From the IMG/VR virus record IMGVR_UViG_2974665086_000001, positions 54,700 to 118,699 of that record: DNA of 64,000 bases; one strand, written 5' to 3'. Both the position numbers and the translations under genes were made by a program. Under the pieces are notes generated by a model that saw only the letters and a list, made by a program, of their open reading frames with translations, did no database searches and was not told the DNA's origin. This document shows, one piece after another, positions 9,746 to 19,362 of this stretch (the stretch's first letter is position 1; every line of letters starts with the position of its first letter). Source of the stretch: a virus. Taxonomy: Duplodnaviria; Heunggongvirae; Uroviricota; Caudoviricetes.

Positions 9746-11055
9746 ACCACGAGTCACGAGTGCTTAGTGCACTCTTAATTAATCAGGATATGGTGTCAGT
9801 AATGGCAGACAATCTGGGAAACTTGATTGTCACTCATGCCGATATCTGGCAGTTTATCTATAGATATTACCAAAAGAATAAGTCAGTACCTCCCGTATCG
9901 ATCGTTAAGGAAAAGTTCGAGGATTTCGAATTTAATCCTGACCTCGAAGGTGCTACCAAGCACTATGTTGAAACCTTGCGTGAAGCACGAGCTAAGGCCG
10001 ATCTAGAGCGCTTGGCGACGGGTGCCCTAAAGGCAATGGAATCGGGCGAGGCTTCTATGGAGCAGATTCTCTCCCATTTCAGTAAGCGCACAGCAGAGAT
10101 TCAACGTAATACAGGTACATCGCGTTCAGTTGATGTTAGAGATATTGACGACGCATCCGACCACTACGACGAAGTTCGTAAGCGAGCCGCAGAACACGGT
10201 GGTCGTCCTGGCATTATGACCGGGTTTGAATACATGGACGAATACTATCCAACAGGATTCGCACCAGGACACTTTATCGTGTTGCTTGGTTATTCTGGTC
10301 TGGGTAAGACTTGGTTCGGTATCAAGCTTATGATTAATGCTTGGTTGCAGGGCTATGCTCCGATGATTATCAATCTAGAAATGTCACCGGAAGAACTACG
10401 AGACCGTATTATCTTCCTTATTTCAGAGTACAGTATGGATGATCTTGTTAGAGCCGAAATTGATCCAGATGACTTTAAGCGCTGGGGACAAGAGTTTATG
10501 GACGGTAAAGCCGCTTTCCATCTTGTCGGCAACGAAGGCTTTGGTGACTTTACAACTGATATGGTTCAGAGTAAGATCGAGCAGTTCAAGCCTGATATTA
10601 TTCTAGCTGACTACTTGCAGTTGTTTAGTGACCGTGCACGAAGTCAGAATGAGATTACTAGGGCTAAGTCAACAGCACGTGAGTTTAAGCAACTTGCTAT
10701 GGCTACACAGATTCCAGTCGTTGTTATTACTGCCGTCACAGGTAAGGATAAGAAAGACCGCGTTAATGTGCCCGACGTATCTCAGGTGGCATGGTCGTCA
10801 GAGATTGAGTATGCAGCAAACCTAGCGTTCGCAGTGCATACAGATCGTGATGCAAATCAGAAGGCCAAGACTACACATATCGTTGGACGTAAGAATCGAC
10901 ACGGACCTTTGTTCGCGTTTCAGGTTAAAATGGACCTGGACGTAGGAACAATTATCCAGGTTGATCCTACCGAAGAAGACGGTACAAGTTGGAAGCAATC
11001 CGACGACTTTGAATTCCTTAAGGGCGCTAAGCTCGAAAAGGATGCTAATGCATGA
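9742..11055 (+). CDS. dnaB: DnaB-family replicative helicase
   Basis: N-terminal DnaB-like domain; Walker A GYSGLGKTWFG; RecA-fold motifs typical of DnaB. Confidence 0.8.
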   Translation: MNHESRVLSALLINQDMVSVMADNLGNLIVTHADIWQFIYRYYQKNKSVPPVSIVKEKFEDFEFNPDLEGATKHYVETLREARAKADLERLATGALKAMESGEASMEQILSHFSKRTAEIQRNTGTSRSVDVRDIDDASDHYDEVRKRAAEHGGRPGIMTGFEYMDEYYPTGFAPGHFIVLLGYSGLGKTWFGIKLMINAWLQGYAPMIINLEMSPEELRDRIIFLISEYSMDDLVRAEIDPDDFKRWGQEFMDGKAAFHLVGNEGFGDFTTDMVQSKIEQFKPDIILADYLQLFSDRARSQNEITRAKSTAREFKQLAMATQIPVVVITAVTGKDKKDRVNVPDVSQVAWSSEIEYAANLAFAVHTDRDANQKAKTTHIVGRKNRHGPLFAFQVKMDLDVGTIIQVDPTEEDGTSWKQSDDFEFLKGAKLEKDANA

Positions 11056-11329
11056 TAGAATCAGGCTATTCAGCGAAGAAGGCATAATCGCTGATGATAA
11101 ATACTTCTGGCGTCAGAAAGATAATTTTATCGGACTGCTAGAAGAGAAAATGCGCGCTAGCGGTTATGTCCCGCACCTAGACCTCAGTCCCGAATGGTCA
11201 ACAAGCCTTCGGGATGATGAGAGCTACGCCTTTAAGATTAGTTGGGGCGGCGTATTTGTAGGAAAGGAAATATCGTTATCAAAAGATCCAACAGCGTACT
11301 CGGATGGGAAACTGATTCGCATAAGATGA
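10961..11329 (+). CDS. hypothetical protein
   Basis: 122-aa ORF overlapping helicase end and primase start; may be part of primase N-terminus in another frame. Confidence 0.3.
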   Translation: MILPKKTVQVGSNPTTLNSLRALSSKRMLMHDRIRLFSEEGIIADDKYFWRQKDNFIGLLEEKMRASGYVPHLDLSPEWSTSLRDDESYAFKISWGGVFVGKEISLSKDPTAYSDGKLIRIR

Positions 11330-12267
11330 GTCAGGGTCAAGTTGCACGAATGTTAAACGAACTTGGTTTAACAGTGGAATTTGAAGATGATACTCACCTA
11401 ATGATCTTTTGTCCGTTTCACGACAACCGACACTCAGCAGCATGTTCGGTTGCCAAGAATACGGGATACTACTTTTGTCACGGTGCAAGTTGTGGTTCCC
11501 AAGGTCGTTTCGTACAATTAGTAAGACACGTGCGACCTTGGGACGCAATGCGCGCAATGAGATTTATTGAGAAGCATCAATCAGGCCAATTAAGCGTAGA
11601 GAAGATTCTCGAAGATATCTATGCTGACAAGGAAGAAATGCCGGAATTCCCCGAGCATATCTTAAAGGCCATGCAAGAGGCTTACTTGACAAAGCAAGCT
11701 CCACAAGACTATATTAGTGGACGCGGGATCAAACCTGGGACTGCAAGATACTTTGGGCTTGGTTACGATGCCTCACTCAATATGGTTGTAGTTCCCATGT
11801 ATGATACTGACAATAGAAACATTGGCGTTATCGGTAGAACGATTAGCGGTCCAAAGCGTTTCAAGAACTCGAAAAAGCTTCCGAGCAAAAAGAGTTTGTT
11901 TAACATTAACAATGCAAAACGAGCGGGTAGTGAAAGTCTGATACTGGTAGAGTCGAGTTTCGATGCTATTAGAATACATCAGTCAGGCTATCCAAACGTC
12001 TGCGCCACACTCGGTGGTACATTCTCTCCATTCCATTTGTCACAAGTCAATCGTCACTTTAACCGTTTGGTTCTAATGATCGATGTTGACGAACCTGGAA
12101 TGAAGTTTGCAGAAAGCATTGCACATAAAGTAAGAGAATCCGGCACATCGGTTTATCGGGGAAGATACTCAGAATCAGAACTGTTTCCCGAAGGTGCTAA
12201 AGATGCCTGTGATATGTCAGACGAAGATATAGCATGGTGCATTAGAAATGCTAGTATAATGATCTAG
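11242..12267 (+). CDS. DnaG-like DNA primase (zinc-binding domain + TOPRIM)
   Basis: CPFHDNRHSAACSV...YYFCHGASCG zinc-ribbon; TOPRIM-like LVESSFDAI...MIDVDEPG. Confidence 0.7.
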   Translation: MGRRICRKGNIVIKRSNSVLGWETDSHKMSQGQVARMLNELGLTVEFEDDTHLMIFCPFHDNRHSAACSVAKNTGYYFCHGASCGSQGRFVQLVRHVRPWDAMRAMRFIEKHQSGQLSVEKILEDIYADKEEMPEFPEHILKAMQEAYLTKQAPQDYISGRGIKPGTARYFGLGYDASLNMVVVPMYDTDNRNIGVIGRTISGPKRFKNSKKLPSKKSLFNINNAKRAGSESLILVESSFDAIRIHQSGYPNVCATLGGTFSPFHLSQVNRHFNRLVLMIDVDEPGMKFAESIAHKVRESGTSVYRGRYSESELFPEGAKDACDMSDEDIAWCIRNASIMI

Positions 12268-12334
12268 CTTATGATATACTTATATTAAGTCGCTGACAAA
12301 AGCGCGAAATATAATAGGAGAAAAAACAAACAAA

Positions 12335-13072
12335 ATGGCAATTTTTAGTAATTTAGCATCACTTAAGACTAAGCAGGAAGCATTCGATAAGCGTCAGGCT
12401 GATCGAGATTTACCAAAGGCTACATGGTTTACAATTCCAAAGGATGGAAGCGCACTTAAGATTCGTTTCTTGCAGGAATTGGACGATCAAGCTGAGAACT
12501 ATGATAAGAAGGCCGGTACCTTTCTAGGTGCAGTTGAGCACCAGGCACCAGGACCAAAGGGATTTTTGTCTAGAGCACTAGACACAACAGAAACCGATCC
12601 AGAAGGCAGAGACTTTGCAGTAGAAATGCTTGCGAAGACTGGCGATAACGATTGGCGTGCACGTGAAAACTTTTACATCAATGTTGCAGTAGAACGTGAT
12701 GGTAAGGTACAGCCCGAGATTATGTCTCGTAATCTTCACTCTACTTTCGTTAAGACACTTGTTCGTAAGTACGAGCGTAGCGGCGGCAAGGGTATTACAG
12801 GACGCACTTTCGAAATCTTTAAGCAAGGTTCAGGTCCACAGACACAGTGGATTCTAGAAGACTTGAATGAAGATTTGGATATTACAGGTGTTGAGCCTTG
12901 GGACTTGAATACATATGCGATTCGCGAGATTCCATATGACAAGCAAGAGGAATACTACTTGAAGAACTACGAACCTAAGAAGGAAGAGTCTGCCGGTGAA
13001 GGCACTCTAGCCGTTTCAGGTTCAAAGGGTTCTGAGGATAGCGGCTCTGGCTCTACAGAATTTAAGTGGTAA
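12335..13072 (+). CDS. single-stranded DNA-binding protein (T4 gp32-like)
   Basis: N-terminus ...KATWFTIPKDGSALKIRFLQ resembles gp32 N-terminal region; acidic Ser/Gly/Glu C-terminal tail; strong RBS AGGAGAAAAAACAAACAAAATG. Confidence 0.6.
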   Translation: MAIFSNLASLKTKQEAFDKRQADRDLPKATWFTIPKDGSALKIRFLQELDDQAENYDKKAGTFLGAVEHQAPGPKGFLSRALDTTETDPEGRDFAVEMLAKTGDNDWRARENFYINVAVERDGKVQPEIMSRNLHSTFVKTLVRKYERSGGKGITGRTFEIFKQGSGPQTQWILEDLNEDLDITGVEPWDLNTYAIREIPYDKQEEYYLKNYEPKKEESAGEGTLAVSGSKGSEDSGSGSTEFKW

Positions 13073-13096
13073 CACACTAAGCTAACTTAGCAAAAA

Positions 13097-13132
13097 GTTG
13101 ACAGGGGTCGGACTAATCATCCGGCCCCTGTT
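13097..13132 (+). terminator. stem-loop downstream of SSB gene
   Basis: ACAGGGGTCGGA...TCCGGCCCCTGT 12-bp hairpin. Confidence 0.5.
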
Positions 13133-13187
13133 TAAGTTATAAAACAAGTCTGTTCCCACAAGGGACGCGGCAGACAGAGAGATATAA

Positions 13188-14099
13188 ATGGAATACACAG
13201 AACTACATTTGCATACTCAGTATTCAATTCTAGATGGACTTTCTACTCCACGTGAATACTGTGAACGAGCCAAGGAACTTGGTATCGAAAATCTAGCTAT
13301 CACTGATCACAGTACAATGACTGGTCATATTGATATGCTAAAGGCTTGCATCGAGTTCAATATCAAAGCGATATTGGGTGTCGAAGCACACTACTCTGCA
13401 AGCACTGATGGTCGTTTCGACCGACGTTCAAAGGCAAAGCGTCAAGAGGGTGAAGATATGTATAATCACCTGATCTTGCTTGCCAAGAACGAAAATGGAC
13501 TTAAGAATCTGCACAAGATCGAAGAATCTGCCTGGACAGAGGGCTTCTACGGAAAGCCTCGCTGTGACTGGGAATTGCTGGATCAGTTTGGTGATGACCT
13601 TATTATCACCAGCGCGTGCGTGTCGGGGTTGATCGCGAGAAACCTAATCAACGACAGAGAAGACGAAGCACTCATGTGGTTGAATAAGTTTAAGGATCGC
13701 TTCGGTGAAGACTTTTACGTAGAGATTCAAGAGCACAACGAGCAGATCAGTAAGAACCTGAATCATCGTTTGCTTGATATCGCAGACAATAATAACGTCA
13801 AGACGATTATCACTAGTGACTGCCATTTTCACAGTCCAGAAGTACGTTGGATCGAAGAGGCTTTGCTTATTCTGAATACCAACCCAAAAAAGAATCCAGA
13901 TGCAGACCTAAGCAAGGCACGCAAAATGGACCTAATGGATCGTTTCAATTACCTGTACCCAGAACGTCAGATGACTTTCGAGCACATCGACGTTTACTTA
14001 CAGTCCGCAGAAACGTTGCACCAAAAGATGCAGAAGCAAGGTATTGATCGTACCGATATCTTCTCGAACACTATGGAGATTGCGAGCAAAATCGGATGA
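13188..14099 (+). CDS. dnaE: DNA polymerase III alpha (DnaE) N-terminal PHP domain, separate ORF
   Basis: LHLHTQYSILDGLSTP...ITDHSTMTGH PHP motifs; stop overlaps next ORF start (ATGA, different frame). Confidence 0.8.
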   Translation: MEYTELHLHTQYSILDGLSTPREYCERAKELGIENLAITDHSTMTGHIDMLKACIEFNIKAILGVEAHYSASTDGRFDRRSKAKRQEGEDMYNHLILLAKNENGLKNLHKIEESAWTEGFYGKPRCDWELLDQFGDDLIITSACVSGLIARNLINDREDEALMWLNKFKDRFGEDFYVEIQEHNEQISKNLNHRLLDIADNNNVKTIITSDCHFHSPEVRWIEEALLILNTNPKKNPDADLSKARKMDLMDRFNYLYPERQMTFEHIDVYLQSAETLHQKMQKQGIDRTDIFSNTMEIASKIG

Positions 14100-16966
14100 C
14101 AACTACAATTGTAAAGCAGGCTTATACACTCAAAGAGGGATTGGAAACTCTACCTAAGGGTAAGTTTGGCAAGACCAAAAAGACAGACGAAGAAATCAAT
14201 ATTGCAATCCGTCAACTGTGTGAAGCAGGATTGCGACGTATTGGTAAGTTCAACGACCAGGTTTATCAGGATCGTCTAGACGAAGAGCTTAAGGTTATCA
14301 TCGGTAAGAACTTTGCCGTGTACTTTATCATCCTGTGGGATATGATGAACTTCTGCCGTCACGAAGGTATTGCTACGGGCGCGGCGCGTGGTAGTGCTGG
14401 CGGTAGTCTAGTATCATACTTGCTGGAAATCACAGCTCTCGACCCCATTGAAGATGGTTTGCTATTCTGGCGCTTTCTTGATCCCAGTCGAGAAGAAGCA
14501 CCTGATATTGATATCGATATCGCTGATAAGGACCGCGCACGCGTTAAGCTTTACTTGGAAGAAGAATATGGTTCTGAGTTTGTTGCCTCGATCAGTACGT
14601 TTAACTACTACTCGTTCAAGTCTGCATTCAAGGGCGCTGCACGCGTTCTAGCTCTGCCTTATTCTGATGCCAATGACGCAGTTCGTAACGTAGAGACTTT
14701 TGAAGATGCAAAGCTAAGTCCCGCGTTTATTAAGGTAGTCAGGGAAGACCCAGCTATCTACAAGCTGACAAAGGCTCTGGAAGGCCGTATCAGTGGTGTA
14801 GGAATGCACGCCGCAGGTGTGGTGATCAGCAACGTTGCGCTGTCTGAAATCACAAGCCTAGAGTCTCGTGGCGCGGCGGGTGAAGAGTTCCGACAGAAGG
14901 TTGTCGGACTCGATAAGAAAATGGCAGAGCTGATCGGTCTAGTTAAGATCGACTTGCTAGGACTTAAAGCCCTATCTGTCATTGATGATGCTGAACAACT
15001 GATTAAGAAAAACCACGGACGTATCGTTAACTGGAAGAACCTGGAACGTAACGATAAGCTAGTGTTCGATATGCTCAGTCAGGGACATACTCTTGGTATC
15101 TTCCAGGCAGAGCAGAGTGCATCAACAAAGCTAATTAAAGATATGGGTATCCATAGCTTCACTGACCTGGTGGCTAGTAACGCACTGGTTCGTTCTGGTG
15201 CGTGGAATGCGTTCGGACCTGAGTTCGTTGCACGAAAGAAGGGTCACAAAAAGGCGAAGTCAATTCATCCTGATTGTGATTGGTTCTTGAAGGATACGCA
15301 GCAGCTAGCTTTGTACCAGGAACAGACAATGCTTATGTGTACTGAACTTGCTGGTATGTCGATGCAGGACGCTAACGCGGTGCGTAAGCTGACAGCCCGA
15401 AAAGAAGATAAGTCTACTCTGGCACCATACAAGGACAAGTTTATTGGTGGTGCATCACTTAAGATTAGTCTTAAGGAAGCAGAGAAGCTTTGGGAGAACA
15501 TCGAGATTACTTCTGAGTACCAGTTCAATAAGTGCTTGGTTGGCAATACAAAGGTTGAGGTTCGTTATCGTAATGAGTCCGAAGACTGGACTAATGCGTG
15601 CATGACAATGGAGCAACTCTATGTAATGTGGAACGAAGGTATTTTCCAGGTTCAGGTTCTCGGACCTGACAAGGTTAATGAGCGTGGTTGTGAAGATGAG
15701 CAATGGCACACTATTACTCACGTTACAGACCAGGGTGAAAAGCCTACGGTTCGTATCTGGGTTTCTAGTGGATCATATATTGATTCAACAAACGATCACC
15801 GCCACCGTTTGAGTCATAACTGGAAAGAAGCATATCGTATTCACCAGGGTGACCAGATATGGACTCGCGACGGTAAGCAGACAGTTGCAGGCCGTCGTCA
15901 GCTCGGGGTTCAGCAGGTGTATGATCTAGGTATTGAGACAGAGCATGAAGCATTTTATGCTAATAACTTTGTCACTCATAACAGTCACTCAGTAGGTTAC
16001 TCTCGTGTCAGTTATGCTATGGCTTGGTTGAAGTACCATTACCCAGCAGAGTTTATGGTAGCATTGCTTAACAACGAGAAGGATCAGGGTTCGGTATCAG
16101 ATTACTTGGCAGAATGCAAGCGACTTGGTATCAAGGTGGAGACACCTGACGTTAACTTGTCTGATATGCACTACAGTACGAAGAACAACAAAATTTATAT
16201 TGGGTTGTCTAGTATCAAGTATATCTCTGACAAGCTGGCAGAACGCATTATCAAGCAGCGTCCGTATAGCAGTTATGCGGATATGCGCGAGCGAATGATG
16301 GCTAAGGGTAGTGGATTAAGCAGTCGCGTTATTGCAAGTTTAAATGCGATTGGTGCTTCACGATTCGATGACCATCCGATTGACCCAGAAGAAATTAGAA
16401 ACAACATGTACGAATACTTAGGTATTCCTAGTTTCGATCAGGGTATGATTAACGCTGATATGCGTACGCGTATGATCCAACTGCCGGATTACGACGAGCG
16501 CGGTACACAGATGGTTGCTGCCATTGTAAAGGATATTGTATCTAAGAATGGTTGGACCCGTATTGAGATAATCGACGGTAATGGTTCTGCGTCATTTTTC
16601 GCAGAAGCAGATCATGGGTTGATTAAAGGCCATAAGTATATTATGCTTATTGCTAACAACAGTTTGATCGATGCAGTTGACCTTGCGAATTACAATAGTA
16701 ATCATCCGCTGGTTCGTTACTTGCGTGGACACAATGATACTGATTTCTGGTTGGTTGGTGCTAAGGCACGAGTCACAAAGAACAATAAGCATCTAGCCAC
16801 AATGGTATACAGTCAGATGGGTAGACTACGTAGCTGCATGGTATTCAGTACAAAGCTAGAATTAGCTCGAACTGTACCACGCGGAAGTAAGATTAGAATT
16901 GCTATCGGACAGATGAAAGATGGAACAGAATTTTTGGAGAATATTAAAGTAGATGAACGAGTTTGA
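14096..16966 (+). CDS. dnaE: DNA polymerase III alpha (DnaE) polymerase core, interrupted by a mini-intein
   Basis: HAAGVVIS, GLLK.D.LGL, and FNK/SHSVGYSRVSYAMAWLKYHYPAEF motifs of Pol III alpha; intein inserted inside the conserved FNK|SHS block. Confidence 0.85.
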   Translation: MTTTIVKQAYTLKEGLETLPKGKFGKTKKTDEEINIAIRQLCEAGLRRIGKFNDQVYQDRLDEELKVIIGKNFAVYFIILWDMMNFCRHEGIATGAARGSAGGSLVSYLLEITALDPIEDGLLFWRFLDPSREEAPDIDIDIADKDRARVKLYLEEEYGSEFVASISTFNYYSFKSAFKGAARVLALPYSDANDAVRNVETFEDAKLSPAFIKVVREDPAIYKLTKALEGRISGVGMHAAGVVISNVALSEITSLESRGAAGEEFRQKVVGLDKKMAELIGLVKIDLLGLKALSVIDDAEQLIKKNHGRIVNWKNLERNDKLVFDMLSQGHTLGIFQAEQSASTKLIKDMGIHSFTDLVASNALVRSGAWNAFGPEFVARKKGHKKAKSIHPDCDWFLKDTQQLALYQEQTMLMCTELAGMSMQDANAVRKLTARKEDKSTLAPYKDKFIGGASLKISLKEAEKLWENIEITSEYQFNKCLVGNTKVEVRYRNESEDWTNACMTMEQLYVMWNEGIFQVQVLGPDKVNERGCEDEQWHTITHVTDQGEKPTVRIWVSSGSYIDSTNDHRHRLSHNWKEAYRIHQGDQIWTRDGKQTVAGRRQLGVQQVYDLGIETEHEAFYANNFVTHNSHSVGYSRVSYAMAWLKYHYPAEFMVALLNNEKDQGSVSDYLAECKRLGIKVETPDVNLSDMHYSTKNNKIYIGLSSIKYISDKLAERIIKQRPYSSYADMRERMMAKGSGLSSRVIASLNAIGASRFDDHPIDPEEIRNNMYEYLGIPSFDQGMINADMRTRMIQLPDYDERGTQMVAAIVKDIVSKNGWTRIEIIDGNGSASFFAEADHGLIKGHKYIMLIANNSLIDAVDLANYNSNHPLVRYLRGHNDTDFWLVGAKARVTKNNKHLATMVYSQMGRLRSCMVFSTKLELARTVPRGSKIRIAIGQMKDGTEFLENIKVDERV
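15533..15982 (+). other. mini-intein (150 aa) within dnaE
   Basis: Begins with Cys (CLVGNTKVEV...), ends ...FYANNFVTHN followed by Ser; removal restores the conserved DnaE motif FNKSHS. Confidence 0.7.
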
Positions 16967-17219
16967 AGATGAGTCGTTGGTTCAGGAAACTGATCGCAAC
17001 GCAGCGTTACTAATGTGTGTAGCTATTTTGGCTTACCAGATTGAATTCGGTGAGCCTGTTAATGTCGATGCGAATATCGTAAACGACATTATCAAGAGCA
17101 GCCAGCACACAAATAAGTCAGTACCGAAGATTGAGTTCCTTGGTAATGGCGAAGGCCGCATGACTGTAAAGGTCAGTATGCACGAGCCAGAAGAGTTTGA
17201 TCTAGGTGATGCAGAATGA
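16953..17219 (+). CDS. hypothetical acidic protein
   Basis: 88-aa ORF. Confidence 0.35.
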   Translation: MNEFEDESLVQETDRNAALLMCVAILAYQIEFGEPVNVDANIVNDIIKSSQHTNKSVPKIEFLGNGEGRMTVKVSMHEPEEFDLGDAE

Positions 17220-17557
17220 GTGTAATGAGTTTGGATGAATACCAGCTTAAGGCATTGAAGACTGCAATCTATCCCGGTTCGGGAGAAGTTCTAGGTTTAG
17301 CTTATGTCGGGCTTGGTCTTGGCGAAGCTGGTGAGATTCAGGGTAAGATCAAAAAGATTTTGCGTGACGACAATGGCGTTATTTCTGACGAGAAGAAAGA
17401 GGCTATCGCTGCCGAAGCAGGAGACTTGCTTTGGTACATAGCTTTGCTCGCGAAAGAGCTAAACTATACGCTCGAAGAAATTGCTATTGTCAATCTAGTC
17501 AAGCTCGATAGCCGAAAAGAACGCGGTGTCTTGGGTGGCAGCGGTGATTATCGTTGA
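17216..17557 (+). CDS. mazG: MazG-like nucleoside triphosphate pyrophosphohydrolase
   Basis: LGEAGEIQGKIKK...EAGDLLWYIALLA EExxE/D MazG signature. Confidence 0.7.
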   Translation: MSVMSLDEYQLKALKTAIYPGSGEVLGLAYVGLGLGEAGEIQGKIKKILRDDNGVISDEKKEAIAAEAGDLLWYIALLAKELNYTLEEIAIVNLVKLDSRKERGVLGGSGDYR

Positions 17558-18660
17558 GTAATAAGGATGACTTTCTAGCAAGGCTAAACCCTAAACTGGC
17601 AAAAGCCATACAGACAGCCGAAGAAGTAGAAACGATTCGTTATCCACTTGCCAGCATTGGCCTCACTCATGCGCTCGGAGGCGGCATAGGTGCAGGCCGT
17701 GTTGGTACCATATTCGGTAACCAGTCAGCAGGTAAGTCGATGCTTACCTTGCAGTCTATCGGTGAGCTACAAAAGGCCGGGTTGGTATGTGCATTCGCAG
17801 ACGTTGAAGGTACATACGATAAAGAGTTCGGTGCTAAGCTAGGTATTAACAACAGTGAACTGTTTCTTACTCGCAGTAAGTCGTCAGGTCGATTGTCAGA
17901 TACGATTATCCCTTGGATCGAAGCAGAACTAGATTTACTTATCATTGATAGTATCTCTGATATTCTGCCAGAGAGCTTTGTGGATAAAGACGGTACGATT
18001 AAAGACGCGGATGATCGTAAGCAGATTGGTGCACAGGCTAAGGCCATTACCAATATGATTAACGCCATTCACTACTCGAATAAGAAAACCGCAGTATTGC
18101 TTTTGAGTCAAACCACAACTAAGATGGAAACTTGGGGAACTGTTCAGGTTCCGCACGGTGGAAACAAGGTTCTGTTCGGCTCAAGTCAGATCGTGAAGTT
18201 GCAGTCAAGTAACACATACGATAAGGCTAAAAAGCGATCGATCCCTCAGGGTAATAAGATGGTCGAACAATTAATTGGTCGTCCTGTAGAAGCTAAGGTT
18301 GAAAAGAACAAGCTGGGTAACCAGTCAACCACAGCGAAGTACAATATCTATTACGCTGGTGATCACATCGGTATCGACCAGGTAGACGAAATGCTTACTC
18401 TGGGCGTTCAGTTTGGTACAGTGAAGCAATCCGGAAGCTGGTTCAGTTATGGTGAGGACGTAAGTGCTCAGGGCCAGGATAAGTTAGCTGCCATTGTCCG
18501 TAAGGACCATGATCTTAGACTGCAAATTAAGTCTGATCTAGAGCAAGCTATGAACGAAAAGCCAGCAGAAGCAGAGGCAGAAGAAGAGACGGTGGACCTA
18601 ATGGAAATCACCATGTCTGACGAACCTTCGCTTAAGTTAGCAACTAAAAAAGAAATGTGA
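17554..18660 (+). CDS. RecA-family recombinase (UvsX/Sak4-like)
   Basis: Walker A GNQSAGKS, RecA-like core, acidic C-terminus. Confidence 0.65.
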   Translation: MSNKDDFLARLNPKLAKAIQTAEEVETIRYPLASIGLTHALGGGIGAGRVGTIFGNQSAGKSMLTLQSIGELQKAGLVCAFADVEGTYDKEFGAKLGINNSELFLTRSKSSGRLSDTIIPWIEAELDLLIIDSISDILPESFVDKDGTIKDADDRKQIGAQAKAITNMINAIHYSNKKTAVLLLSQTTTKMETWGTVQVPHGGNKVLFGSSQIVKLQSSNTYDKAKKRSIPQGNKMVEQLIGRPVEAKVEKNKLGNQSTTAKYNIYYAGDHIGIDQVDEMLTLGVQFGTVKQSGSWFSYGEDVSAQGQDKLAAIVRKDHDLRLQIKSDLEQAMNEKPAEAEAEEETVDLMEITMSDEPSLKLATKKEM

Positions 18661-18663
18661 TGT

Positions 18664-18987
18664 ATGCCTGATGATAAATCAGAGGCATATGAATTAAGTC
18701 GCTTAGGTGCCGTGCCCACTAAAAACAGTGGGCGCGGCGCTTTTAATAAGGGCGATGGAATTCTATATGACTCTAACGATGAAAAGATATTCACAGTAGA
18801 TGTGAAAGAGTATACAAACTCGTATGCTCTGTCTATCAAGAATATCGCTAAGGTGTCTACGGATGCCGTTAAGAATGGAACAGAGCCTTTACTGCATGTA
18901 GTCTTAGGCAGTGAAGAACCTAGACTAAGGTGGGTAGCAATACCCGAGAGTATGTTCCTTCTTTTGTGGGAAGCTTATAACAAATGA
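18664..18987 (+). CDS. hypothetical protein
   Basis: 107-aa ORF. Confidence 0.35.
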   Translation: MPDDKSEAYELSRLGAVPTKNSGRGAFNKGDGILYDSNDEKIFTVDVKEYTNSYALSIKNIAKVSTDAVKNGTEPLLHVVLGSEEPRLRWVAIPESMFLLLWEAYNK

Positions 18988-19313
18988 CAGAAGAGCAAGA
19001 CATACTACGTGACCTGAATTCGGTTGCAGAGTTTAATGATATCAGCAAGCTACTGAATGACCCGACGATCGATAAAGCATTAACGTACACGATTCAGTTG
19101 CTAGCAAAACCCGACGTTCCAGCCAAGGTGGCAGCACCTTTGATCGTTGAGCTAGAGGCAATGGCTTTCAAGTTCAAAATGCAGGGCAAGTCGTACATGA
19201 TTATCAATAAGTCACAACCGAAGGCAGCAGAGAAGAAAAACATCTATCTGTCTATGTCAGAAGGCTTGCAGAGACTAGCCGATAGCCTGAAATACTTAGT
19301 ACGTACTTTCTAG
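18984..19313 (+). CDS. hypothetical protein
   Basis: 109-aa ORF. Confidence 0.35.
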   Translation: MTEEQDILRDLNSVAEFNDISKLLNDPTIDKALTYTIQLLAKPDVPAKVAAPLIVELEAMAFKFKMQGKSYMIINKSQPKAAEKKNIYLSMSEGLQRLADSLKYLVRTF

Positions 19314-19320
19314 TTATACA

Positions 19321-19331
19321 ATTGTGATATA
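19321..19331 (+). promoter_or_regulatory. extended -10 promoter (TGaTATAAT)
   Basis: gtgatataatgg upstream of 19363 gene. Confidence 0.4.
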
Positions 19332-19362
19332 ATGGAAAGAAACAGAAAAGGAAGTATTTCAA

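Noticed and set aside
13088-13143. TTGACA box upstream of dnaE as a -35 element
   Set aside because: No suitably spaced -10 hexamer. The sequence is part of the terminator hairpin after the SSB gene.
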